The position numbers and the translations under genes are program-made. 64,000 nucleotides of DNA from the NCBI RefSeq assembly GCF_000315625.1, contig NW_005434628.1, positions 32,495-96,494 on the forward strand, given 5' to 3'. Shown in pieces: positions 52,068 through 64,000 of the stretch. Source of the DNA: Guillardia theta CCMP2712. Its lineage: Eukaryota > Protista > Cryptophyta. Position 1 is the stretch's first letter, and each line of letters opens with the position of its first letter. A model generated the notes under the pieces. The model worked only from the letters and a program-made list of their open reading frames with translations, ran no database searches and had not been told where the DNA came from.

Positions 52068-54284
52068 ATGCTACTGAAATCCGGGTCTACCTTCTTGTAC
52101 TGGCTAGTTTTGAACTTTGTATCAAAACTTGTGAGCTCGAGCGAGGCCGTTGAAGCTTTCTCGCTCCTCGAAGAATCTACTCTCACTTTCCATGCGGGCT
52201 ACTTCTCCACAGCTACCAACCCTACTCTGCAACTGGTGGGCCCTTGCTGACCCCTGCGATCTAGTTGAGTGACAGAACTTGTCCAGGAATGCTCACAGAC
52301 TGAGTGCAACGGCTGCGTGCTAAAATGTCTGACCTGTGAACGTGATCTTTCAGAAAAGCTTCGATCGTCTCACTCGGTCATCGCAGAAGTCGTCGGGTGT
52401 CAATCAAGCTGCGGGAACTGGACTTGTTTCACAGACTATCCAAAGCCTCACTGCGACCTGGATAGTGTACACATCTATTGTGAGACCATGGGCCACGCTA
52501 AGAAGATGGGGCAAATGCAAATGATCAAGAGAGGGAGTTGCTCGGCTCGATACTCCCTTTTGAGCCATAAAAACACGAAACAAGCTGCTGATGTCTATCG
52601 GTATACACTGACAGCAGACGATAACGAGAGCGGAAATATTCTCAAGAAAGGTATAGCCACTAAACCCCACAGGACAAAGGCAATCGAAGAGAGTCCTCCT
52701 TTCCGCTCCTCTCTCTCAACTTTCTCAGAGGTGGCGAAGAAGGAGAATGAAAGCTTCGCCGCTCCAGCATATGCGAGCTCGAAGTACGAATACCCAAGCA
52801 AATCGATCGAAATTGAAAGATATCCTTTCGAAGACGGAGAGACAAAAGTGCGGATAGAGCAGCAAGATGAGGTAAACAATGCGCCTGCTGGCGGCGCTGA
52901 TGCGGGAACATGCAAAGCCTCGGACAACTCGTACTACTCCTACTGGCCAGGCTGTCTTGGAACGATCTTGGGCTTCTGGATGTTATACTACAAGGGTCGA
53001 TCGCTTCCGATTCGGGTCGGGCTGAAAAGACTTGGCCGTTCTCCCTACGCGCTTGACTCTGAGAACTTCGACGAGGGTTACGGAAGCGGGGGAGAAGGCA
53101 ACCATGAGATCGAGCGAGACGGGGAAAACTTCGGGGAAGATGATGACTTGTTGTACGTGGAAGCGCCTCCGATGAAACCTAGATGGAAGACTTACACAGT
53201 GGACATGAGCCTGTTGTCTTCTAACGTCACTTCTCTCTTTGTTCTGTCGCACCTGTCTCAGCGGAACCATGCCCTGCGAAGACAGGACGGCGGTGGCTCC
53301 AGGCAGCCTTCGGCTATGAAGGGCAAGATTACAATGGACACACACCGTCGAGTAGGAATCAGAAATCTTGGCTCGACTTGCTTCATGAACGCTTGCCTGC
53401 AGCTCATGGCGAACATCGAAGGGTTCGAGAGCGTCATCTTTGATAGCCTGGATGGCAACGACACGAGCGAGAAGTCAGAGATCGCCTGGCACATTGCGTC
53501 AGTCATCTCGGCTATCCGTAACAAGTCCGTTGATTCCAGAGTATCAGCTGGGCTTGAGCTCGTCAAACGGGCAGGCAGAATTTGCATTGTACCCTCGAGA
53601 ATCGTTTCCCTCCTGGACAAGCTGATGACGACTGGACATGTTGCAGGACAGCAGGAGTGCGCAGCGGAGTTCCTCCTGTACATGATCAACCACGTCGCCC
53701 AGTTCAAGCCCGTGTCGCAGTCGCTGCAGAAGACGATGGGGATAAACTTCAAGATCCACATCTCCTCTGAGTCGATGGGGATGAGCAACGTCAAGCAGGA
53801 GGTGGACTGGATGATCCACTCTCCCATCAGCGGGGACTCTCTGGAGGATTGCCTGACGGACTACACGCGCACTGAGTCAGGCCTGCAAGTCGGAGACAAG
53901 CACGATGGAACGCAAAGGACACTAGTGGAGTCCTGCGGGGAGTACCTTCTGATCTGCCTCAAGAGGTTCAGCTTCCAGCAGTCGTCCAAGTCCTTCACCA
54001 AGGAGCGCAGGTCGGTTGCGGTCCCGCACACTTTCAACTTGAGCACCGTGCTCGAGGACGGACGATCGGAGGCGTACGAGCTCATCGGCGCCATCGTGCA
54101 CATCGGAAGGGGGCTGGAGTCGGGGCACTACGTGGCCTACAGTCGGGTGGATGGAGCTTGGTTAGAGATGAACGATGAGGTTGTCAAGGTCGTGCAGCAA
54201 TCCGAGCTGGACAAGACGCTGGAGGAGCAGGCGTACATACTCTTGTACCGACATGCCGTCGCGCAAGAAGACTCTAACGAGTGA
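52068..54284 (+). CDS. Signal peptide + SARAF/TMEM66-like domain + TM + USP (peptidase C19) deubiquitinase
   Basis: Exon 1 (52068-52235) is joined via intron 52236-52287 to the 671-codon ORF. USP motifs are GIRNLGSTCFMNACLQ, QQECAAEFL, LLICLKRF and YELIGAIVHIGRGLESGHYVAY...WLEMNDE...AYILLY. Confidence 0.85.
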
Positions 54285-54338
54285 GCCGCTAGAGTCTCTC
54301 GCTGTTTCTCGTGATTGATAAGTTGGGCCCGCTGGGTT

Positions 54339-55420
54339 TTAACGTACATGAATGAAGATCATTGCTTGGTGTATGCGAACTCCTCGTGGCTGTCGGGAAA
54401 GCTGGCGAAGAGGCGGAGGAGGACTACCATCAGCCAGACCTTGATAGCCATCAGTCTCATTCCTCGCCAGCTCGCACATTCTCACCAGAACCGCGCAGAC
54501 TGCTATGATGATGAAGTAGATGTTGTCCACCGACAGGACTTCTCGTGCCCCCAGCAGCAACGCTACGATGCCCAACGTGTGAACCACGAAGCCTAAGAGG
54601 CTAGTCAGAGCCACCACTACCGCCGCCTCCTCCCACTGCTCCTGTTCGTCGTGCTACGGAGTCCTCTTCCTCCTCCTCCTAAACATCCCCCTCCCTCCTC
54701 ACCGCTCGTCCCATGCCAGCGGTGGACCTTCTGCCCGCTCGTCGACACTGACTGATACTGGACCACAGCAGGTCAGCCCATCGCACTTGACAGCATCGCC
54801 GACCTTGAGCCACCCTATGGACATCTGCATGACGATTCCCGCCACAGTCAAGAGGCCAAACATTCCGTGCAGCGACAAGGCGAGGGGCTACGGGTATGTC
54901 AGGCGGCCAACACCCTCTGCCGAGACGGCGACGTACCGAGTGATGCACCAGCAGCTTGTTAGTGACTGTGAAGAGCTTTAGAAGCTCCCAACTCCTCCTC
55001 CTTCCCACTTCCCCTCTCCCCACTTCCTCTACCTCCTCTCCCCCCCCCCCCTCCTCCTCCTCCTCCCTCGGCTCACTGATCACGACGAGCCCTACGAGCG
55101 CTGAAATCCCTCCTGCTATCTGCAGCTCCAGCTCATGATTTGTTTTCTTGCCCAAGAAGCATGAAGCTGACCAACCCACCTGCCATATCCTGTGCCCGTC
55201 CCTCACATCCTGGAGGTTTCGCTCGGACTCGCTCGTTGTCAACGATTCCAGTCTGTACCTGACCAGCCGTTTCAGCGCTCATTCACAACCATGGCACAGG
55301 CACATTGTCATCCCGTAAGGCAGGAGGGCCACCATCGCCGCTGCCATGGCGGTGGCATGGATTCCCAGCAGCAAAGATTGCTTAAAGACAACTGGTGTGT
55401 TTCTGTCAGTACCAGTACGA
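54339..55420 (-). CDS. Hypothetical multi-pass membrane protein, multi-exon (ends uncertain)
   Basis: Hydrophobic segments LLLGIHATAMAAMVALL, IAGGISALVGLVVIS and LLGFVVHTLGIVALLLG...IYFIIIAVCAVLV in short exons. Confidence 0.4.
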
Positions 55421-57112
55421 CAGGAGACGCTGGCCAGGACAAGCTAGAACGCTTGCTATGGTCAATCCAAATCATACTATCTGTCTTAGTGAGTGTACGA
55501 CCCTAACTTTCCCTCCCCTCGTTCTCCCTCCTGCGTTCAGTCCGATTCTTGCTTTCGATAGGACCCTCCCATCATTCGGCAGCAGAGCGTTTCTTCATGC
55601 AGCACTGTTTTTCATCCATTCTTGCCCATAATTGACCTTATCAGGTTTCACCCTCCCCATGCCCCCGTCGTGCTTGCTTCGATTCCCCTCCTCTCCTCCT
55701 ACGGCTCTAATTCATCCGATTCATCCGATTCCCTCCCTTTTCCCCTCTCTTGCTCCTCCCTCCTCTCTCCTCCCTCGTCTGTATTCTCTTTTCTCCACCT
55801 CCTCCTCACCTTGAACGAGCGTCAACGCTATGATGCTGAACGCTACTGCCGGCGCCGCTTTTAAGACTCCCCAGGCCATGGCTGGCCACCACCTCATCAA
55901 CACCATGTTATGTACCCTCTTTATTTCTCTCATACCGGTACAATTAATTACCCCCACCCACTTTTCCCCATGTATATACCCACCATTTGCCAATATCGTA
56001 CCCTCATGGACAATATCACACCCACCTTTTACATTGACTACCCCCTTCCCCTACGCCGTTTCCTTAGAGAGCGTTGGACCCTACCCTTTGTCCAATTACC
56101 CCCTTCTATAACATGTTTTAACCCACCCCTAGAGACCTCATTCTACCCCTCGGACATCCTCTACCCCTTCCTGTTCCCCAGTTTTTGTCAGGCCTGCCTC
56201 GCTATACTCGACAAACACCCAGGTACCCTTGTGATGACCTACCCCTACCCTACCCTACCCTACCCTACCCTACCCTACCACGGTAGTACCCAACATGGTC
56301 CATACCCCCAAGAAAAATACCCCACCTACTAAATTCGGGGAACCTGCAGATTTTATCACCGGTTACCAATACTACCCCTACCCACTCAATTTCTCGATCG
56401 GTCCCCAACATGTACCACCCCAGTCTTGCAATCTCTGTTTTATGCTGCTAGGACCACCGACCCCATGGTGATGTTTGTTTTGCATGTACCCCTACATTCA
56501 TCTATTCACCCACCCCCAGATCTTCACACCCTCTTTAATCAGGTCGTTTACAGGGGTCTCTTGTGGCTGATGCCTACTCATCACCCTTCCAAAATTTTCA
56601 CTACCCCTCATTTAGTGCCACTGATGCTACCCCACCCACTCTTCATCAGCCCACTCCTCGGCTACCAAAAAGAACCACCCTGACCCCAATTTCCATTGGA
56701 GAGTTTCGGGGTAGGGTATACAAACACCCGTTACTCCAACAGGAATCTAGGGGGTGGGGGTGATTAAGCGAAAATGCCGGAGACAGAGGCGATTGACGAG
56801 GAGGAGGAGCGAGAAAGAGAAGAGAAGACGAAGAGAGAGCAGGAGAGGAGGGAGATAGCTGAGGGAAGTATGAGAGAGGCAAGGAGAAGTAGCGACAGTA
56901 GCGGTGTATGGTGGTCAGGGCATCGAGAGTGTGCAGAGCGCAACGAAGTGAAGTTCAGTGTAAGGATCTGATGAGTTGGCCATATGAAGAAGAGTGGGAG
57001 ATGTCTTTGTTGTTGATCAGCGTGATCTTCATAAGAATCTGTGTCAGACATAATTTGGTTATTGTTCCTCCCTGCCTTCGTTGCGAAACCTCATGACGTG
57101 TTGTGGCACAAG

Positions 57113-58760
57113 ATGGATATGCTACCAAGGCAACGCGCGGCGACGACCATCGTACACAGGAATGTGGAGGTCGAGACCAGCGACTATTATGACCACACGT
57201 AATTTCTGTTGAACTGAAAATCCTTTGAGTTCTGACGGAGAGTCGCTCTCCTCTCTCGTCAGGTTTGCTGGTATCATGGTCAACATTGAAGCCTGCAATT
57301 TCTTGCCAGTAGACTCGCTCTACGTCTTCTCGGTGTGGGTCAGGTTCGTTCGACTTGTTTCCCGGTGCTTGTAGCTTGAAATTCACTCCTCTTGCAGAGG
57401 CGACTTGGGTCCGATGACCGTGTGGAGCACCCAGGTCAGCGAACAATCTACCTTTGTTTATTTCCGTTGTCCTTTAGTAGAAGTAGGAAACCCTGGTTGC
57501 AATAGGCTGGTCTTGTAGAGATTGCCTTTGTAGAGGAGGGGGTTTGGTATGTTGGGAGGTGCTTAACGAGTCTTGACAGAATGGATATCAAGGGAAAGAA
57601 GAATCTCAAAAGGATTGGGTCTGCCATTACTCTAAGTTTCATGAGCCCAGCGTCGATCAGTTCCAGGAGATGAGGCTGCAGGAGCCGATCTGCCTGAAGC
57701 CAGGAGATCGATTTGGTGGAGCTATGACTCACCATCGCTCCTCCTGCATTGTTGACCTGATCGTCAGGCCTTTACGTGCACTCGGCGTGTTACGGCGATG
57801 ATCAGATTGTCTACGATAACCAGCGGCATCACGTTTCTCATTCTGTAAGGAGGAGAAGTCAGCATGGCGAGACCTCTGAAGCTGCTTCCTTGTTGTAGGA
57901 CAACTTCCTGCGTATCCTCCCTGGCAAAGCTCACCTGTCACACGAGCCCTTCAGTCCTACCCATGAGGTACATGCTTCGAATGTTTGCTGCGGGGCAGGG
58001 ACTGACGGCTGCTGCTCAGAATTTTGGAGGATGGGGAAGACCATGGCGAGAGAATCGAGAGTTTGTAGGAAGGTGCAGGCGTCATGTTGGGGTTAAGAGG
58101 AGGAGATGAGAATTCATGCGCAGGATTAGCTATGGAATTCGATGGTTGAAATGGGATCTAGACACCCACAACCTGTTCCCTCCTCTTATGAAGAAGTAAT
58201 CCCGAAGCTTGCTCGCCTCGTCGCTGTTGGCCTCACTCGGTTTTAGGATGGTTTGGAGTGTGCTGATGTCAAGACACATCAAGGCCAAGAATAGGTAAGG
58301 AGCTCTGGAGAGTGAAAGAGGTTCAGGTGAGAGTGTGCATGGCAGTTTGTTATATCCCCTCGACGATGGGCATATCTTCTACATTCTCAACTCGCTTGAC
58401 TGGTGGGAGATTCCAAGAATCGAAGAAGGTGAAGGGCAGAGAGAGGGGAGGGGAGGGGGGAGGGAGAGGGGAAGCTCTGACGTGAATCATTAGCGATGGA
58501 GCGAGAGATTCCTAAGAAGAGACTAGCTATGAAGCTCAAGCAAGCCAAGAAGCAGCTCAACTGCTTCCGCCAGGTGAGTTTGACAAGGAATTTGACCTCC
58601 TTGAACTGCTGGGTGACGGCATGAGCAGGAGCTGGACCATCTCCGCCTATCTGCTCGCCATGTGCTGAATCAGCTCATCAAGTCGCTGGACCTGATCAAC
58701 TGCGAGGACTTGGGCCAGTCGGCCTTCCGTGCTGAAGAGTTGTGTGAGTCCGTCTACTGA
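57113..58760 (+). CDS. Hypothetical protein, multi-exon (start uncertain)
   Basis: Spliced segments FAGIMVNIEA..LPV, RGDLGPMTVW, LYVHS...IVYDNQR, ILPGKAHLSHEPFS and WGRPWRENREFVGR|ISYGIRW look like a globular domain, ending ...EELCESVY*. Confidence 0.55.
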
Positions 58761-58786
58761 AGGCTCGACCGCTCCCTCGTCCTCTT

Positions 58787-61624
58787 TCACGTCAGTCGAA
58801 CAGCTTCTAGTCTGTTCAGTTTTGTCTCTTCTGCAACGATTGTAACATCTTGCTTGCTTGTGTTTGTAGTAAATCTGTCACGGTGTAGAGATGCATGGAA
58901 GGAAAGGAGGAGGAGGAGGAGAAAGGAAATAAGAAAGGAAAGAAACTCAGACGTCGAAGACTTTGTTCGTGAAAGTTGTGTGAGGAGGCAGCGAAGGAGC
59001 AGAGGGAGGGGCGGCAGGCGCCATGGCACCTGAGGTCAACTCCTGACCTCAACGCGTCAGGAACTAAAGGGAGGAGCAGGGAGATGAATCACCTCCTCCT
59101 CCTCCGACGGCTCCGGTGAGGAAAACATGATGGGAACCCCCCTCGTCTTCCTGCTGCCGATCATCCGTACAGGGCGGAGCACGACGGGCTGTCTGTTGGC
59201 GTTTTGAGCTTCAGAGCTCGAGGTCGACTTTAGCTGGGCCTGCCTTTCCTTCCAGGAATCTTGCCTTGGCTCCCTCCCTTTGCCTCCTGCTGTTCGTCTT
59301 ACCCTCGAGTTTCACAAACACACTCGTCAATATCACCAGCAGCAGCAAGCGACGATCTCACTCGTCTCTCCTCCTCCCCGTCATCGACATCCTCTTCTCT
59401 TCCCGCCTTCACCGTCACGTCGTCCGACGCCAGCTCCACGAAGTTGTGCATGCTTGACGACAGACATGCCGTGCTGTCAGAGCTGGAGCTGGAGTCGTCC
59501 AGCTCCTTGTGGGCTTGAGGAGGCTTCTGCCACTTGGCTGATGTACGTATCGGTGATCGATGATAGGTGTGCTTGCTTGCATGACCATCATTGTGTCGCT
59601 CCCCCCTGCTGTCGGGGAATCAGCGTGAGAATCTTGTAGCTCGGCTCTTCTCACATGGAAGCCTCTGGTGTCGCAGACGAGTCGAGTGACTTGAGCAAGG
59701 TTGTACGACTTGAGCCATTCAAAGAGCTAACGCTCATGACGTCAGATCTGACTAGTCCGAGCGAGAGGGAGAGGGAGGGAGGGAGAGAGGAGGGAGGGAG
59801 AGGGGGGGGGGAGAGGGGGGGCAGAGAGACGGAGGGCGGGAAGAGAAAACCGAGGGAGGGACTGAGGGAGGGAGGGAACGAGGGACTGAAGGAGGGAACG
59901 AGGGACTGAGGGAGGGACTGAGGAGGGAGGGAGAGAAACAACATCGCAAGTGGGGGGGGGGATAGAAAGCTTACGGCTTGATAGCTCTTCCATCAAGGTT
60001 AGATACATACGGTAAAGCACCTCTACCACAAGCTCACGACCAAGAACTAGATCTTCTGCACTGATACCTCGCAGACTTGCTGGAGCTGATTGACATGTGT
60101 GAAACGTTTTGATTGCGTATTGAGATGTCTTCCTTGCCGTCGTGAGGCTCAGAGGTAAACGTCAACTCTTGCCTGTCATCGAATCTCAACGGAAAGGAGG
60201 AAGCAGCAGCACAAGTCACCATGCTCTCAGCAGCCTCCTGACCTCCCTGCCATAATGTCTGTTCGAAATCAGAATCCCGATCCTCCGAACCATGTTCCTA
60301 TGGATGCAGCTCGCCAGCAGCCTTTCCATGATCTGACTAGTGCGTTTGCGAGCCATCCGGCGCTGGAAGAGGAAGACTTGCCGTGAGGCATGGCTCCTCT
60401 GAGACATGCTCGTCTTCCAATGGAGGAGGCAGAACCGCAGCAGATGCCGTCCGGATTGCATCGCAACGAGCCTCTGCATCGATCGGACCTGACGAGAGCG
60501 CGGGGCCTTCCTGTCCAGACCGTCGGTTTCTATGAGAAGGTCAGAGAACAAGTTTCGGATGTTGTTTGAAGTCACGGGGATGTGATGTTCTTTGTTTGAA
60601 GTCACGGGGAGGTGATGCTCTCTCAGGTGATGCTCTCTCAGCTGGCTGGATCTCAGCTTGCTTCTCGAGCTGCTGGGACCAGAGGCAACAGCAAGTCAGT
60701 CCTGCAGCAAGCAGCAACCGCCGCCAAGTACCGAGAAGTCATGGTTCAGATGGGAAGGACTAATCGAGCGTTAGCATGCACGGCAGGAGGGAAAGGAATC
60801 ACCTGTATCTCTCGTGATGCATCTTCTTCTTCGGGAGCCTCTACAGAGTCTGTCAGTCAGCCGGCAAGGTGAAGTTTTCTTCGACTTGGCTGTTCGACAT
60901 GCCAACTTGTTGGACGAACAACTCGTCGTAGCCCGCGCGATGTCTCTGAAACCTCACAACATCTACAAGTTCTCTTGTCACAACCCCGATGAATCTTGAG
61001 CTCCCCCCCCCCCACCCTCCCGTTGCTCTCAGCACTTGCCTGCATACTCTTCTGTTCGCACATGCCGCGTCCTGATCCCCCACCCATCATCGTCAGGCTT
61101 CTCTACCTCAACATCTTTCCTCCACGGCATCTCCTGACAGCAGGGTGAGGGGGTTTAGCTCATGGACCAGCCGAGCGTTGCGGAAGTCACAGAGGCTGTC
61201 TGCCCCCCAGCCTGTGCCAGATCCTTGTCTATCACCCTCCTCCCTCCTATACTTTCTGCATCACGTCTCGCTCCTGCTCCACCTGCTCCTCCTGCTCCTC
61301 CTGCTCCTCCTGCTCCTCCTGCTCCTCCTGCTCCTCCTGCTCCTCCTGCTCCTCCTGCTCCTCCTGCTCCTCCTGCTCCTCCTGCTCCTCCTGCTCCTCC
61401 TGCTCCTTCTGCTCCTAATATTGAGTTACAGTACCAGTCCTTCCTGGAACTGATCTGCCTTACACTGCCCCGGACTCTCCATCGATGATTCAACCGTTTG
61501 GGCCGATCAGGATGAGAAGGATTCAAGTTCGGCTCAACCAAGTCTCGACAGCCTCCTCCTCCTCCTCCTCCTCCTCCTCCTCCTCCTCCTCCTTCACCTC
61601 TTGGTGATGTTGCTTGCCCGCCAT
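58787..61624 (-). CDS. Hypothetical protein, multi-exon (ends uncertain)
   Basis: Series of GT-AG-bounded exons, a basic W-containing helical segment (60216-60540) and a (GAG)n peptide repeat. Confidence 0.4.
61271..61416. repeat. (CCTGCTCCT)n 9-bp repeat
   Basis: Direct tandem repeat. Confidence 0.95.
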
Positions 61625-62259
61625 GGCCAGGCTAGTACGACTAGTGGCTGAAGAGAGTTTGCCAGGCTTGTAGAAACTAATTGACTACAGGGCTGATTAT
61701 CCACTTCTAAATATTGACTATAGAAGCACTTTCCTGTGAAACGGACTGGCCCGCCTCGCCGGGGAGGTCTGAAGGGGTGGGTGGTGAAATGGGGGGGTGC
61801 AGTCATGCCCTGCAGGGACAAGTACCCCCATTCAAACAATTGATTTAACCGGTACTGGTAGTTTACCTGCAAAGGGAGTGTTGGGCTGGGGTAGGGTTTG
61901 AGGGGGTGGAATTTGTGGTGCAGAGATGGGGTGCATACAGAAAGAAGGAAACAATCGAAGGTGGGTCATCCGGACCGTATCAGGGGTAGGGGTACCATCG
62001 GTGTAAAGTACTGGTGACATCGTGTACTTTTCAGGGTACCTGGAGGCATGGGTGGGTAGTCGCACTGAAAAGGGTAGGGTGAGAAGAAATAGGGTGGGGT
62101 ATGATAGGGGGTGGGGTAGGTGATTGAGTTACTTGGGTCGCAGACATGCAGGGACTTGTCCGTGCTGTACGACGGTGAGGAGGAGGAGGAGGAGGAGGAG
62201 GAGGAGAGTTAGTATGTCAGATGAGGGGAAGAATAGAGGCAGAGCAGGAAACACAGACC

Positions 62260-64000
62260 ATGCTGAATAATCTTCGTTAGCAAAGGGACCTTGTGAAGAA
62301 GAGAAGATGAAAGAAAATGTTGTGAGCAACAAGTACCTGATAAGTTTGTCTGTTAGCTTTGGATGCTCCAACTTTCAGAGGAGATTCGCATCCACCCTTG
62401 TGATTGCTGAGCACGACAACTCGGCCTTGAATGCCATCACGCGCAGTGCGGTATCCTTTGTTCTTCCAAGAACCGTTCTCGATCAGCATTGATGTGCAAC
62501 AGGTCACTGCCGCGTCCAAGTTGGGAGGTGATGTAGACTTGCTGGTGGCTGGCAACAACTGCGACAAGGTTGTTGAGGTACGTCGTCTCTCCTCGTTTGC
62601 TCTCATGCTGCATGTAGAATGCTGAGATATTGTTGCACACAGGAAGCGGCCAAGATCTCTGGAGTGAAGCGAGTGTTGAAGGCGTCGGCTCCTCATCTTG
62701 AGAGGAGATTGGCTGAGGAGCTCGAAGCGCTGATCTTGCACGCTCAGGTGAATTCCTTCCAGGCGCTTGATCACCGCTAACCTTGAACCTGCAGAATTCG
62801 AACAAGTACACCCACATCATGGGAGCTTCGTCGGCCTGTACCAAGTCAGTGTTGCCTCGAGTAGCAGCCAAGCTCGATGTGAACCAGGTAAGGAAACTTG
62901 AGGTCCAAGGTGAAGCAGCAAGAGTGACACCTTCCTCTCTTAGATCTCCGAAGTCATCGCCATCGAATCTGAGGTGACAGCAAAAGGATTCATTGTGACC
63001 TAGTCACTCGCTAACAGGACACTTTCGTCCGTCCCATCTATGCTGGAAATGCTCTTGCCACTGTCAAGGTCCTTCACTTGAACCTGCCGCGATGATTTCT
63101 GACACATTCACAGAGCTCGGATGCGGTGAAGGTCATGACAACTCGAGCAACCAGCTTCGATAAGGCTGAGGTCGCCCAACCGATCGCTGCTGCTCGGGGA
63201 CTGATGGTGTCGCGATGGCAGATGAATGGAAGCGCAAGTGTCGAAGAGATCAGCAGTGCTGCAGTTGGTGCTGAAACATGGAGACGAAACTCTCGACGTG
63301 TATTGACATGTTGGTCATCCTCAGGCGCTTCAGAATGGAAGTCGGAGGAGCTCAGCAAGTCAGACAGGCCCGAGTTGACAGCTGCCAAGTGAGAGAAGGA
63401 GGGGTGGGGGGGGAGCGCTCCAGCCCTGATTCTCGTTCTTAGCGTGATTGTTGCTGGCGGACGGGGACTGAAGAGCAGCGAGAACTTTCAGATGCTGTGA
63501 GCGTTCATGACAACTTTTGTTGGCACAGCGTAAACCTGTTGCAGCTACAAGTTTGCAGACAAGTTGGGAGCTGCTGTTGGAGCTTCCAGAGCTGCGGTGG
63601 ATGCAGGATACATGCCCAACGATGCGCAGGTGCGACAGACGGCTTTGACCCTGTTTACTTCATGATGATTCAACCACTGCAGATTGGACAAACTGGCAAA
63701 GTCGTCGCTCCTGATCTCTACTTCGCTATTGGAATCTCAGGTTGTGAGCCACCGCAGCTGACCGACTTGTCTGAAGGCTTCACAGGAGCAATCCAGCACC
63801 TTGCGGGCATGAAGGACTCCAAGACGATCGTCGCGATCAACAAAGATCCCGATGCGCCGATCTTCCAGGTTGGGCTTGAAATCAGCAGAAGCTGCTGCCT
63901 TACACTGTTCAGGTGTCAGACATCGGTTTGGTGGATGATCTCTTCAACGTCGTGCCAACAATGACGGTAGAAGAAAACTTTCCCTCCCACGTCCCGTCCT
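62260..64000 (+). CDS. ETFA: Electron transfer flavoprotein alpha subunit, mitochondrial, multi-exon, 3' end beyond window
   Basis: [85 protein letters not shown]|[27 protein letters not shown]. Start is approximate. Confidence 0.95.

Overview
Eukaryotic nuclear DNA, most consistent with a cryptophyte such as Guillardia theta. This is an inference from the dense ~40-55 nt GT-AG introns, a PX-domain-Rheb fusion and a 'KTIRDIWN..TW' HTH-like domain. The first ~7.4 kb and 15.5-24.8 kb are repeat/transposon-rich: a mosaic fold-back repeat, a TG..CA TIR element family with 4 copies, a ~1.6 kb duplication and a decayed PIF/Harbinger element. There are two assembly gaps. Recognisable spliced genes are a bacterial-type 2,4-dienoyl-CoA reductase (fadH-like), a degenerate USP, an HTH-like protein, a giant EF-hand/coiled-coil protein, SEC12, TAF4, ARF1, PX-Rheb, ETF alpha (runs off the end) and several hypotheticals. 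The most striking item is a nearly intron-free gene at 52068-54284. It appears to join a signal peptide, a SARAF/TMEM66-like luminal domain, a TM helix and an intact USP (C19) deubiquitinase domain, making it a candidate receptor-like deubiquitinase. Exon boundaries and gene ends were read by eye and are approximate.
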